DNA from: Spirochaetaceae bacterium
Lineage (GTDB): Bacteria; Spirochaetota; Spirochaetia; CADAEX01
Direction of reading: 5' to 3'
Length of the DNA stretch: 51,037 nt
Assembly (NCBI GenBank): GCA_009780675.1
Contig: WQZP01000018.1
Coordinates: 1 to 51,037 of the forward strand
Shown here: positions 28,447 to 38,445 of the stretch, in pieces
How the letters are laid out: the number at the start of each line of letters is the position of its first letter
How positions within the stretch are numbered: the first letter of the stretch is position 1
Program-made: the position numbers and the translations under genes
Notes under the pieces: model-generated
Told to the model about the DNA's origin: nothing
Database searches by the model: none
What the model saw: only the letters and a program-made list of their open reading frames with translations

Positions 28447-30304
28447 TTTTTTCTTTTATATAACTAAAAATACTTTTTGCATCCAAAGAATTTTTGGCCA
28501 TAAGCTCTTTTCTTGAAGCATGGTCAGGAAAATAATCCTTTATTCCAATAAAGTAAAAATCAACATTGATTTTATTTGTATACAAAATAGAAGCTATATA
28601 TTCTCCCATCCCATTTGATACAACACTATCTTCAAAAAGATAAACTTTTTTATAACCTGAAATAACTTCGCATAAATGTTTTTCATCAAGAGGCTTAATA
28701 AAGCGAAGGTCATAAATATCATTTTTTACCCCATTTCTTATAAGAAGAGACCCTGCTTCCAAAATATTGGATAAAACACCCCCATACCCAATAATAAGAG
28801 TATCTGATGCGTTTTTGAAAAGAAACCTGCCGTGCCCTTTTTTTACGGCTTTTTTCTCGCCTACGTTTTCAGGAACTATATCTTTGGGAAATCTTAATAA
28901 AACAGGCTTGTCTGACTTAAGAGCATAATCAAGCATAAGCTCAACATCGCTTTGGTCAAATGGAGAAAGAAATTCAATATTTGGAATACTTCTGAAAATA
29001 GATATATCAAATATACCCTGATGGGTCTCTCCATCATTAGGGACAAGGCCTGCCCTGTCCATTATAATAACCACAGGGAGTGATTGTATCGCAACATCGT
29101 GTATTACCTGATCAATAGCTCTTTGCATAAAAGTTGAATATATCGCAACAACAGGTTTTAGTCCGGAAATAGCAAGGCCTGCTGCAAAAGTTACTGCATG
29201 CTGCTCTGCAATTGCAACATCAAAGAATCTTTTTGGAAATCTCTGGCTAAATGCTGCTAAACCTGTTCCTTCTGTCATTGCAGCTGTAATAGCAACAATT
29301 TTTTCATTTTTTTGCGCTCGATCAACAAGTATTGTAGAAAAAAACTCTGTATATGTGATTTTGCTCTTTTTTTCTACAGCACCATCAACCACTGAAAAAG
29401 GGGAAAGACCATGGTAGAGAGTGGGATTTCCTTCGGCATTATCACACCCCTTTCCCTTTATAGTAGAAACATGGACAACTACAGGCTTGGAAATTTTTTT
29501 AACATTTTTAAAAACTTTCATAAGCTGAGCTATATTATGCCCATCAATAGGACCCACATATTCAATACCAAATTCCGAAAAAATATTTTTCTTGAAAAAA
29601 ACAGCTTTTACCCCTTTTTTTGCTCTGGCTATAAATTTATCGATATATTTGCCAAAAAGGGGAAGTTTTCGAACAAGGCTGTCAAAATTCTTTTCAAAAT
29701 GCTGATACACGAATGTCGTTGTGAGTCTGCTTAAGGACCGCGATAAACCGCCAACACTTGCATCTATAGCCATATTATTATCATTTAGAACTACTATTAA
29801 TTCTTCTCTAATGTGGCCTGCATGATTTAGCGCTTCGATCGCCATTCCGCCTGTGAGCGAGGAATCTCCTATAACAGCTACTACTTTTCCGCTAATATTT
29901 TGCATTTTAAGGCCTGTAAGCATACCCAGCCCTGCTGAAACAGAGGTTGAGGCATGGCCTGTGTCAAAAGAGTCGTGTTCGCTTTCTGCAGTTTTTGGAA
30001 ACCCACTTATACCGCCAGCCTGACGAAGAGTATAAAACTGCTCTTTTCTTCCTGTAAGAATTTTATGAGTATAGCATTGATGTCCTACATCCCATATTAT
30101 TTTATCAACAGGTGAATCAAAAACTCTATGAAGCGCAATAGTTAACTCTATAACACCCAAATTTGACGCAAGATGCCCGCCATTAGTGTTTACTACTTCA
30201 ATAATTTGTTTTCTTATTTCTGAAGAAAGCTTTTTTAGCTCTTTAATCGAAAGTTTTTTTAAATCTTCAGGTTTATTTATTAAACCCAGTACAGAATTTT
30301 CCAA
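28427..30304 (-). CDS. dxs: 1-deoxy-D-xylulose-5-phosphate synthase
   Basis: N-term ...PEDLKKLSIKELKKLSSEIRKQIIEVVNTNGGHLASNLGVIELTIALHRVFDSPVDKIIWDVGHQCYTHKILTGR, plus the TPP-binding GDG...N motif. 625 aa. Confidence 0.95.
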   Translation of the reverse strand: MENSVLGLINKPEDLKKLSIKELKKLSSEIRKQIIEVVNTNGGHLASNLGVIELTIALHRVFDSPVDKIIWDVGHQCYTHKILTGRKEQFYTLRQAGGISGFPKTAESEHDSFDTGHASTSVSAGLGMLTGLKMQNISGKVVAVIGDSSLTGGMAIEALNHAGHIREELIVVLNDNNMAIDASVGGLSRSLSRLTTTFVYQHFEKNFDSLVRKLPLFGKYIDKFIARAKKGVKAVFFKKNIFSEFGIEYVGPIDGHNIAQLMKVFKNVKKISKPVVVHVSTIKGKGCDNAEGNPTLYHGLSPFSVVDGAVEKKSKITYTEFFSTILVDRAQKNEKIVAITAAMTEGTGLAAFSQRFPKRFFDVAIAEQHAVTFAAGLAISGLKPVVAIYSTFMQRAIDQVIHDVAIQSLPVVIIMDRAGLVPNDGETHQGIFDISIFRSIPNIEFLSPFDQSDVELMLDYALKSDKPVLLRFPKDIVPENVGEKKAVKKGHGRFLFKNASDTLIIGYGGVLSNILEAGSLLIRNGVKNDIYDLRFIKPLDEKHLCEVISGYKKVYLFEDSVVSNGMGEYIASILYTNKINVDFYFIGIKDYFPDHASRKELMAKNSLDAKSIFSYIKEKNDSGKI

Positions 30305-30344
30305 AATATTCCTCTCACAATGAGGTTAAGCTTATAACTTTATA

Positions 30345-30434
30345 TTATTTCTTTTTATGTCTGTTTTTTCTAAGTTTTTTCTTTCTCTTATGAGTTGCGA
30401 TTTTGTGTCTTTTTCTTTTTCTACCACAAGGCAC
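30345..30434 (-). CDS. Tiny, extremely basic 29-aa ORF (bS22-like ribosomal peptide candidate)
   Basis: Minus-strand AAGGAG SD, 7-nt spacer, then GTG CCT TGT... giving (M)PCGRKRKRHKIATHKRKKKLRKNRHKKK followed by a stop. Composition resembles bS22/mS38-type peptides. Annotated from memory of that family only. Confidence 0.3.
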   Translation of the reverse strand: MPCGRKRKRHKIATHKRKKKLRKNRHKKK

Positions 30435-30575
30435 AGTAGTACTCCTTAAAATTTTTCAATATTTCATCTTATTATGCAAATGGTTTGCAATAGAGTCAAG
30501 ACCAAACTGAAGACTCAAATAAATTTACAGAGCAAAAGTAACCAGTTTTTGACCCTTTGGAATATGCTTCGCTAG

Positions 30576-31556
30576 TTGAAAGATTCTGTATTAAAAGATA
30601 TATTCAAAACTTATATGGATCAGATTTTAAATGTCATTTCAGTCCGCCAAGACAATAATGAAATCAATAAAATTATTGGAAATTTTGAAGAACAACAACC
30701 ATATACTATGCATTTTTCCCAGAGCGAAGATTTTTTCTTAAAAATAAAAAAAACAATTACTATGCCCCATTTTAAGATTCATCATGATATTAAAAATCTC
30801 TATCCTGATGATGAATATATAACAAATTTGAGCTCTATCATAAAAGAAATGCTCCCATTTATTAGTTGTTTAATAGCAAATACTGTATATTTTTTTGATC
30901 CTGCAGAACCGCTTAGGCCTGTATTTTATAAATTGTATAATATTGAGGGAAAATACTATCTCTATCTTGTAAGGCTCGACCTCTCTTTCAAGCCTCATGA
31001 TTGCGAAATTCTTGAAAGAGGAGATAATGATACTACACACAAGTTCAGCACTAAAAATATTTTTTTGGATATTGATATACTGCCTATTGAAAAAGTAATT
31101 GAAAGGGATAAAAATACTACCGCCTATTTTATTAGACAATCAATATCTCAAACATGGATAGGAGAAACAGGCAGGGGATATTTTATACAGGGAATCTGGA
31201 TGGATAATGAACTAACCAAGTTTTTTACAAATATTTTTTTGCCGGAAAATATGTTTTCATATCCCTATTACCCTTTTAGTTGTAAGTATAAAACTTTGAC
31301 TTATTTTCCTCTTGAGTTTGAACCTTTATACAGGGAAAAACATATTTTGATTTTAGATAGGTCTTATAATTTTCTTTTACCTTTTATGAGAGAAGTTGAA
31401 AAAATATTTAAGGATTATTTATTTAGCAAAGAATTGGATATTTATAAAAATATAAAAGAAAAAATAGATACCAAATGGTATAGAGATTTTTCTTCCCTGA
31501 AAATTGACAGGTATCTTAATAACCGAGGTATGAAAGAACATGGAATCTTTATCTGA
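30576..31556 (+). CDS. Hypothetical protein (orphan, TTG start)
   Basis: 326-aa ORF rich in Tyr/Phe/Lys. No motif recognised. Its stop overlaps the murD start. Confidence 0.4.
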   Translation: MKDSVLKDIFKTYMDQILNVISVRQDNNEINKIIGNFEEQQPYTMHFSQSEDFFLKIKKTITMPHFKIHHDIKNLYPDDEYITNLSSIIKEMLPFISCLIANTVYFFDPAEPLRPVFYKLYNIEGKYYLYLVRLDLSFKPHDCEILERGDNDTTHKFSTKNIFLDIDILPIEKVIERDKNTTAYFIRQSISQTWIGETGRGYFIQGIWMDNELTKFFTNIFLPENMFSYPYYPFSCKYKTLTYFPLEFEPLYREKHILILDRSYNFLLPFMREVEKIFKDYLFSKELDIYKNIKEKIDTKWYRDFSSLKIDRYLNNRGMKEHGIFI

Positions 31557-32931
31557 TTTATTAAAAAATGGTGAAATCAAAAATCTTAAAGTTACAATCA
31601 TGGGGCTTGGGCTTAATGGCGGCGGGTTTGCTTCTGCTCTTTTCTTTGCAAAACATGGCGCTAATGTAACAGTTACTGATTTACGCAGCAGGGAAATACT
31701 TGCTCCTACAATAGAAAAACTTTCTGGTTATGATATAAGATATGTGCTTGGCGAACATAAAATAGAAGATTTTGAAAATGCCGATCTGGTTATAAAAAAT
31801 CCTGCTGTTAAGCCAACCTCGCCTTTTCTCAAAGCTGCAAAAAAAATTGAAACAGATATTTCCATATTTTTAACTCTTTGCAGAAATCCTTTGATTGCAG
31901 TAACAGGCAGCAAGGGAAAATCTACTACAGTATCTGCGATCTATCATGTAATAAAAGAGGTTTATCCGCGCGCAAAACTTGGCGGCAATATAACAACTTC
32001 ACCGTTATCTTTTATTGATGAGCTGGAAGAAAATGATCCTGTTGTCCTTGAAATTTCATCGTGGCAGTTAGCTGATATTAAAGATAAAAAAATGTTTAAG
32101 CCCAAAGTATCTGTAATAACAATTATTATTCCGGACCACCTTGACAGGTACAGCAGTATGGAAGAATATGTTGCTGACAAAAAAATAATCTATAAGTATC
32201 AGGATAAAAATGATTTCACAGTATGTTTTTATGATGATTGGGGGAGGATTTTTGCTTCCGAGACCAATGGCCGGGCTTTCTTTTTTTCTGACAACAAATT
32301 TTCTATAGACATGGATGGAGCATGGCTTGAGGAAAATGGGTGCGGGTTTATAAAGTTCAACGGGAATAAAGAAGCGCTCCTTCCTGAAAAAGTAACACTT
32401 AGCGGCTGGCACAACAGGAAAAATCTTCTTGCAGCAGGTACAGCTTTATATTTTTTTGGAATCAAAAGCGAAGTAATATCAAAATACCTCTCTGATTTTG
32501 GCGGCATTGCTCACAGGATGGAGTTCCTGCGTAAAGTAAATGGTGTGGATTTTTATAATGATACAACAGCCACAGTTCCGCAAGCAGTCATAGCTGCTGC
32601 TGAAAGTTTTTCTTCTCCTGTGCGGCTTATCTCCGGAGGAACAGATAAAAATCTTGACTTTGAGGTTTTTGACAAGCTGGCAGGAAAAACCGAAAAGATG
32701 TATCTTCTTTCCGGCACTGCAACAGACAAGATGATCCCTTTTCTGAATAAATATAATATTTTATGGACAGGCCCTTTTAATTCACTTGAAGAAGCAACAG
32801 GAGCAGCGCTCAAAGAAAGTAAAAGCGGAGATGTAATAATAATGTCACCTGGGTGCACTTCTTTTGGGATGTTTAAAAATGAATTTGACAGAGGAAATAG
32901 CTTTAAAGAAATAGTAGCTGCTATTGATTAG
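31540..32931 (+). CDS. murD: UDP-N-acetylmuramoyl-L-alanine--D-glutamate ligase
   Basis: KVTIMGLGLNGGG Rossmann-like N-domain, AVTGSKGKSTT P-loop, and a Mur ligase central/C-terminal organisation. 463 aa. Confidence 0.85.
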   Translation: MESLSDLLKNGEIKNLKVTIMGLGLNGGGFASALFFAKHGANVTVTDLRSREILAPTIEKLSGYDIRYVLGEHKIEDFENADLVIKNPAVKPTSPFLKAAKKIETDISIFLTLCRNPLIAVTGSKGKSTTVSAIYHVIKEVYPRAKLGGNITTSPLSFIDELEENDPVVLEISSWQLADIKDKKMFKPKVSVITIIIPDHLDRYSSMEEYVADKKIIYKYQDKNDFTVCFYDDWGRIFASETNGRAFFFSDNKFSIDMDGAWLEENGCGFIKFNGNKEALLPEKVTLSGWHNRKNLLAAGTALYFFGIKSEVISKYLSDFGGIAHRMEFLRKVNGVDFYNDTTATVPQAVIAAAESFSSPVRLISGGTDKNLDFEVFDKLAGKTEKMYLLSGTATDKMIPFLNKYNILWTGPFNSLEEATGAALKESKSGDVIIMSPGCTSFGMFKNEFDRGNSFKEIVAAID

Positions 32932-33025
32932 AGTATTCCATATATACACGCCAGGCAGGGCTTTTGTAAAATTTCGTTATGCGATACGCTGCGCCACTAC
33001 AGGCACAGCGTATTTTATTACCTTT

Positions 33026-36000
33026 CTATAAATTCGCAATCTGCTGCAGTACTTCCCCAGCTTTGTCGTAATCAAATTTTTCCACTGCTGCCATTGCTCT
33101 TTGCAGATCCGCATTGACTGAATCGCCAAAATCATAAGCGAATAAATCTTTAAGCACTTTAATGCAAGCCTCGTTGTCTAAATCCTCGGCAGTAGCTATT
33201 GCTTTTGATAACTGGTCATTCAGATAAGTGATATTACCTTTTTTCTTGTTAGGCATTTTTTCTTCATCAGGAAAAACATCCGATAGTCTTCTATGCAGCG
33301 ACAGGAGGTCTGCATGATAATCTGGGTATTGTTTCAAGCAGTATTCCAGATCCCTATTCTTCGCAGCTAATTCCAGCATTGCTGCTCTTTCAGATAAAGC
33401 CATAGCGCCAATAGTGGATAGCATGGATTTCATCGCGTGTACACGGATAGCAAAACTATCTATATCTCCGCATTTAATAAACGAAGACATACGGTTGCAT
33501 TCCGAAGTGACTTTTTTAGTAAACAAAACAACTGAGTCCCGGTATATATCCTCCATGCCGGATACGCGGCTAATACCAATCTTCGTATTAATTTCATTGA
33601 TCATATTGAGTGCGCTTAAAAAATCCTTCTCCTTGTTTGCATCTGCTCCTGTATCGGGCTCTTCATACCCTTTTTCAGATACCTCAATATTGTTGATTTT
33701 CTCCGGCGGCAGCCATGTAGAAAGCATTACGCTCAATTTCTGTATTTCAATGGGCTTTGAGACAAAGTCGCTGAACCCATTAGCTAAAAACATTTCTTTA
33801 GCACCCTGAACAGCGTTGGCTGTCAGAGCAATGATTGGAATTTTCGTAAATTGGTAGCCAAGTTTCCGTATGGCTGCAGTAGTTTCAATACCATCCAGTT
33901 CCGGCATCATGTGATCCATAAATACAATGTCATATTCATTCTGCTGAATAAGTTCGATCCCTTTCATGCCAGACTCCGCCACATCCACCTTGATTTTGAA
34001 CAGGCTAAGAAGTCCGGTTGCTACCCGCAGGTTAAATTCGTTATCGTCCACTACTAAAACGCTTGCGGTTGGCGCAACCATGCTGAGAGTTTCTTTATTT
34101 TCCTTTTCAATCAATACACGGGTTTTATCGCCAGTCACCAATGGAACTAAAATGGTAAAGACCGTCCCTTGCCCATATTCGCTGGCAAAACTGATACTTC
34201 CACCCATCATTTCTACAAAAGTTTTGCTGATTACCAATCCCAATCCTGTTCCAGCGGCTTTCCTGTTTTTCGATGTGTCAGCCTGCTGAAAAGCTGAAAA
34301 TAATTTGGGCGCATCCTCTTCGCGGATTCCCCTGCCAGTATCCTTGATTTCAAACAAGAGCTTATTAGGCAGTACTACTACTTTTAATCGGATATGTCCG
34401 CTGTCCGTAAACTTTACAGCATTCCCGCAGATATTCGTCAACACCTGGCGAAGTCTTATATCATCACCGAACAGATAGTGAGGTATTTCACCTTCACTAT
34501 CAAATTTAAAATCAAGTCCCTTTTTATGAGCCACATAAGAGAACATCGAAATGACATTATCAATAAGCGCCTTAAAATCATAATCCACCGGGTTAAGTTC
34601 CAACTTTCCGGATTCGATTTTCGAGAAGTCCAATATATCGTTTATGATGGACAGGAGCGAATGAGCTGATTCATAAATATCATTTGTAAATCCAATCTGG
34701 CGTCTTGTCAGTTTTTCCTGTTTTAAAAGCTCAGACATACCAATAATGGCGTTCATTGGCGTTCTTATTTCGTGACTCATATTTGCAAGGAAAGATGACT
34801 TGGCTATTGACATAGCTTTGGATTGCTCAACAGCTACTTTTAATTGCTCCTCATATTGCTTAATTTTTGTTTCATCATTATTGATCATACAGAAAACGCG
34901 GGAACCGTCTGTCCAGCGTATAACTGCTGCCTGACCGCCCAACCATTTGCCTGAACACTCATCCCAATTGTATGTATATTCGCCTATTGGATAAGCTTCT
35001 TTGCTTTGCGCAAGCTGCTGCATGGGGCAAAAAGAGCAGGGTTCGTTCAAATTTTTGATTGCTTTGTAACATTTTTGACCCAAACTGTTTTCAATATCAA
35101 TTTTATATGTATCAGCTACACTGCGGTTTGCGTAAAGCAGATTATAATCAAAGTCAGCAACAACCACCATTGATTTTAAGTAATCCATAACAGCCATTGT
35201 TTTGTTCATCCGTGATATGGAATCGCCCAAGTCCTGTATGTCGCCAATGATTTCTTTATACAAACCTTTGTACTTGCTTGTATCAATTTGAAATTCAATA
35301 TCACCGGTGTTGTGCAGCTCGCGGGTCATATGGGATATATCTCCAAGTATTGATTTAATAATGCCGATCAGCGCGTAAACATCCACAATCAATTCGCCTA
35401 TTTCATCCTTTGCAACACGAACATCGCTGGGGACATTATTGATATCACCTTCTTTAACGTCAGAAACAAGCACCAGTAAGTCTTTGACTGGTCTGGTGAT
35501 TTTTGTTACGAGAAACAAAAGTACAAGTATTGAAATAACAAGCCCGACAAGTCCTAACAATATGCTGCTAAGAATCACGTTGCTTGTTTCTCCTATTATC
35601 GCCTCTTTTGAACTGCCAGCGAAAAGTATGGCGAAAACCTCATTATCTGCGTTAAACAGCGGCAGATAATATGTTAGAAAACGTTCGCCCAATACATCAG
35701 AGCGTCCAAAAAATTCTTTTCCGTCCTTTACGACTTCGAATATGTCCTGGTAAAGCCGCGTACCTAAAATACGCTCTCCCTGCATTTTAATGGTCGTAGC
35801 AATCCTTGTATCGCCATAGAAAACAGTAATTTCAGTATCAAATTGCTCTTTCAGCCTGTCAACTGCTTCGTTCGTATCCAGACGTACGCCAGCAGAAACA
35901 ACTCCAATCAGCCTGCCGTTAGCATTATATATTGGCGCTCCAGTACGGACTGAAACTTTTACCTCAGAGCACTCTTCAAAGTAAGTGGAAGTATTACCAG

Positions 36001-36412
36001 CCAGAGCATCTGTCACAATACGCAGCCCCAGCACTGAATCGCCATATATTTCCGGCGCATGTGTTCTTGCCAGCACAGATCCTTCAGCGTCAGCTATGGT
36101 ATAGTAATCTATACCATATAAGAACTTCAATGGGGTCACGGCTTCAATGATAGCCTTAATGTCCCGTTGCTCAACAGCGCTGATTACATCAGGGCGGAGC
36201 GCCGTTGAAACCGCTGCTGCTCTTGAAATTAGCTTGCTATTATCCAAATGATTATTCAAGCCTTTGGTGGTAGCAATTATATGTGAGCTTATTCGGTCTT
36301 CTGTGTAACGTAAAAACCTTGTGGATGAATATACGATCATTACAGCGACCAAAAAAATCATAATGATTGCTATAGGTATAATTATTTTTGCCCTTAAACT
36401 TTGGCTTACCAT
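33026..36412 (-). CDS. Hybrid sensor histidine kinase/response regulator with periplasmic sensor, HAMP, PAS, HisKA, HATPase, REC and HPt domains
   Basis: Two TM segments flank a ~270-aa periplasmic region. H-box MSHEIRTPMNAIIGMSELL, G-boxes GTGLGLVISK, REC VLVVDDNEFNLRV...DIVFMDHMMPELDG, C-terminal HPt-like HAMKSMLSTIGA. Confidence 0.9.
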   Translation of the reverse strand: MVSQSLRAKIIIPIAIIMIFLVAVMIVYSSTRFLRYTEDRISSHIIATTKGLNNHLDNSKLISRAAAVSTALRPDVISAVEQRDIKAIIEAVTPLKFLYGIDYYTIADAEGSVLARTHAPEIYGDSVLGLRIVTDALAGNTSTYFEECSEVKVSVRTGAPIYNANGRLIGVVSAGVRLDTNEAVDRLKEQFDTEITVFYGDTRIATTIKMQGERILGTRLYQDIFEVVKDGKEFFGRSDVLGERFLTYYLPLFNADNEVFAILFAGSSKEAIIGETSNVILSSILLGLVGLVISILVLLFLVTKITRPVKDLLVLVSDVKEGDINNVPSDVRVAKDEIGELIVDVYALIGIIKSILGDISHMTRELHNTGDIEFQIDTSKYKGLYKEIIGDIQDLGDSISRMNKTMAVMDYLKSMVVVADFDYNLLYANRSVADTYKIDIENSLGQKCYKAIKNLNEPCSFCPMQQLAQSKEAYPIGEYTYNWDECSGKWLGGQAAVIRWTDGSRVFCMINNDETKIKQYEEQLKVAVEQSKAMSIAKSSFLANMSHEIRTPMNAIIGMSELLKQEKLTRRQIGFTNDIYESAHSLLSIINDILDFSKIESGKLELNPVDYDFKALIDNVISMFSYVAHKKGLDFKFDSEGEIPHYLFGDDIRLRQVLTNICGNAVKFTDSGHIRLKVVVLPNKLLFEIKDTGRGIREEDAPKLFSAFQQADTSKNRKAAGTGLGLVISKTFVEMMGGSISFASEYGQGTVFTILVPLVTGDKTRVLIEKENKETLSMVAPTASVLVVDDNEFNLRVATGLLSLFKIKVDVAESGMKGIELIQQNEYDIVFMDHMMPELDGIETTAAIRKLGYQFTKIPIIALTANAVQGAKEMFLANGFSDFVSKPIEIQKLSVMLSTWLPPEKINNIEVSEKGYEEPDTGADANKEKDFLSALNMINEINTKIGISRVSGMEDIYRDSVVLFTKKVTSECNRMSSFIKCGDIDSFAIRVHAMKSMLSTIGAMALSERAAMLELAAKNRDLEYCLKQYPDYHADLLSLHRRLSDVFPDEEKMPNKKKGNITYLNDQLSKAIATAEDLDNEACIKVLKDLFAYDFGDSVNADLQRAMAAVEKFDYDKAGEVLQQIANL

Positions 36413-36448
36413 GTTTTTCCTCTTTTATTGTTTATATTAAGGTGTACT

Positions 36449-36913
36449 TTATTTCTTTTTTAAGTGATTTATTTCATTACTTAAATGCTCTATTGTGCGG
36501 AGTTGGTTAATGTTTCGAATCTGCTGGTTGACTTTTAGTTTAACAATAACATTATCAAATGGCTTGCTTATGTAATCAACAGCGCCCAATTGCAAACATT
36601 TTTTTTCATCACTTTTATTATCCAGCCCTGTAATAAAAATAACCGGGATATGTTTGGTTTTATCTGAGCCTTTAAGAGTTTCGAATACCTGATACCCATC
36701 CATTTCCGGCATCAAAATATCAAGCAAAATAAGGTCAGGCAAAAACTTTTCAGCTGCCTTAATGCCTGCTGCCCCGCTGGAAACAGCGCGGACAGTATAA
36801 CTTGGTTTTAATATTTCAGTTAGTAACGTTAAATTAAACGCATCATCATCCACAATGAGAAGCGAGTTTTTCATATTTTCTTCCATAGTATTAATTTTCC
36901 TCTCTTGCATCAT
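36449..36913 (-). CDS. Single-domain response regulator (CheY-like receiver)
   Basis: LLIVDDDAFNLTLLTEIL...DLILLDILMPEMDGYQVFETLK...IPVIFITG. 154 aa, directly upstream of the hybrid kinase. Confidence 0.85.
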   Translation of the reverse strand: MMQERKINTMEENMKNSLLIVDDDAFNLTLLTEILKPSYTVRAVSSGAAGIKAAEKFLPDLILLDILMPEMDGYQVFETLKGSDKTKHIPVIFITGLDNKSDEKKCLQLGAVDYISKPFDNVIVKLKVNQQIRNINQLRTIEHLSNEINHLKKK

Positions 36914-37154
36914 TTTGTAAGCAATAGAATGATACGATGCCTTTCAATCATTCTTTACAAACAGTTTATTTTTTTCCGCTATCGCAAAAAAAGATGTAAT
37001 TTGTCTATATAAATAGCGTGATGCATAAACATAATTTTGTCAACTTTTTGTTAATTTTTTTGCAAATCATTTTGTAAAAGGGAAAAAAATTGCAGGAAAT
37101 CGGTGAAATTTATCCTATATTTGTTGCCATCGAAACTATTACGAGGTGCCAGGA

Positions 37155-38150
37155 TTACCTTTTTTTGATTTTTTTGAAATAATAAGTTCTTACAGATTCC
37201 GCAACAGAATAAAGCTTATATTTAAATTTATTTAGCTTAAAATCATAACACCCAGGCCGATTGATGATTTCTCCACCAAAACCTGTTTTGAATCTGTAAA
37301 GCCCATGCATGGGATGCGAAGGATCATCATCCGGCGGTATGCCAAACATATCATACTCAACACACCCTTTGTCTATTGCATCGCAAATTGCTTTCCATTG
37401 GAGCGCATAAGCAGGCATTTTTTCCCTTCCGACATTACGTGATGCACCATAAAGATAAACAGCTTTTTTATTATAAAAGCAGGTAACTATTCCGGCAATG
37501 TTTTCGCCCTCGGATTCTGCCATATATAATCTTATGTCAATGCCAAGCTCTTTTTTTTGCGATAGCTCAAACACTTTTTTGTAATACTCCAAAGGGTGAA
37601 GAACTATTTTATCCCGCAAAGCTGTTTCCTGATACATATCATACCATTCGTCAAGCAATTCAATAGCGCAACTTTTTACAATAACACCTTTTTTTTCTGC
37701 GAGTCTTATGTTATATCTTGTCTTGCTTTTCATTTCAGATAAAATATCTTCCTTATTTTTAGTGAGATCAATTATCACAGTTGTTGCGGGCTGTATATCT
37801 TCTGCTTTTTTAAATATTGCTGTTGGAGCGCTGTTGTTTTTCCATGGAAGGTCATAACGTATAAACAGAGCGCTTTTGGGAAGATGACTTTTAAGGCAAA
37901 GAGATATTTCTTCCAAACTGTCTTGATATTTTTCCGAAGGGGCAAATGGTATGTATGCAATAGAAAAACCCATTCCAAGCTTTCTGAAAAGCACAATAAA
38001 GCTTTTTCCGTCAAGCAAAAAATAGAATGGTTTCCACCCAAAGTTAGATTTTAATTCTGCCCAGTATTGAGTTTGAAGAAATGAATCTACAGGCTCTGAT
38101 TCAGAAATTTTTTTTGCGTCTGCTGGTTCCAGTAAAAAAGAATTATTCAT
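37155..38150 (-). CDS. FemAB-family / GNAT-fold aminoacyl-tRNA-dependent peptidoglycan peptidyltransferase-like protein (putative)
   Basis: 331 aa. N-terminal ...FLQTQYWAELKSNFGWKPFYFLLDGK...IAYIPFAP and overall size resemble FemX/BioF2-like acetyltransferase domains. Assigned from pattern memory only. Confidence 0.4.
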   Translation of the reverse strand: MNNSFLLEPADAKKISESEPVDSFLQTQYWAELKSNFGWKPFYFLLDGKSFIVLFRKLGMGFSIAYIPFAPSEKYQDSLEEISLCLKSHLPKSALFIRYDLPWKNNSAPTAIFKKAEDIQPATTVIIDLTKNKEDILSEMKSKTRYNIRLAEKKGVIVKSCAIELLDEWYDMYQETALRDKIVLHPLEYYKKVFELSQKKELGIDIRLYMAESEGENIAGIVTCFYNKKAVYLYGASRNVGREKMPAYALQWKAICDAIDKGCVEYDMFGIPPDDDPSHPMHGLYRFKTGFGGEIINRPGCYDFKLNKFKYKLYSVAESVRTYYFKKIKKR

Positions 38151-38159
38151 ACTAGTTCG

Positions 38160-38445
38160 TTACCCCGACACAATACGCATTACAAGTGTTAGCCTACAGC
38201 CGACCAGACTCGCTAAGTCCTCGCTTCGCTGCGGACGCCAAGCGCGATTTTCCTTGCGCGCGCAGGTGGGCAGTGTCCATAGGGACGCTGCCAGGGCTCG
38301 CTGTTCGCCTTTTGGCTCATCCATGTCCTTATGAACCTTGTGCCGCTGTGCCTCCGCGCGAGATTTCTTACCTAACTTTGCCATTAGACACTTTTTCGGT
38401 TTTGATATTGCTGCTTCCACACGCTAGCGCGAGAGGCGCGCTAGC
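38160..38445. repeat. GC-rich (~60%) highly structured element, long copy; candidate non-coding RNA or repeat family member
   Basis: Sharp GC island in ~33% GC DNA. Hairpins: ggcag-t-gtcc-atag-ggac-g-ctgcc; gcgcg-attttccttg-cgcgc; perfect palindrome gctagcgcg-agagg-cgcgctagc (38423-38445). Shares a ~45-nt core with 2438-2505. Confidence 0.4.

Noticed and set aside
38160-38420. 86-aa minus-strand ORF inside the GC-rich element
   Set aside because: GC-rich DNA in an AT-rich genome gives long spurious ORFs. The peptide is low-complexity and arginine-rich and overlaps metG out of frame. No SD.
38160-38445. Possible identity of the GC-rich element as 5S rRNA, SRP RNA, RNase P RNA or tmRNA
   Set aside because: Short resemblances (GCCCTGGCAGC...CCCACCTG to the 5S 5' half; GCTGCCAGGGC to an SRP 3' stem) are not accompanied by the other universally conserved blocks of those RNAs or by a complementary closing helix.
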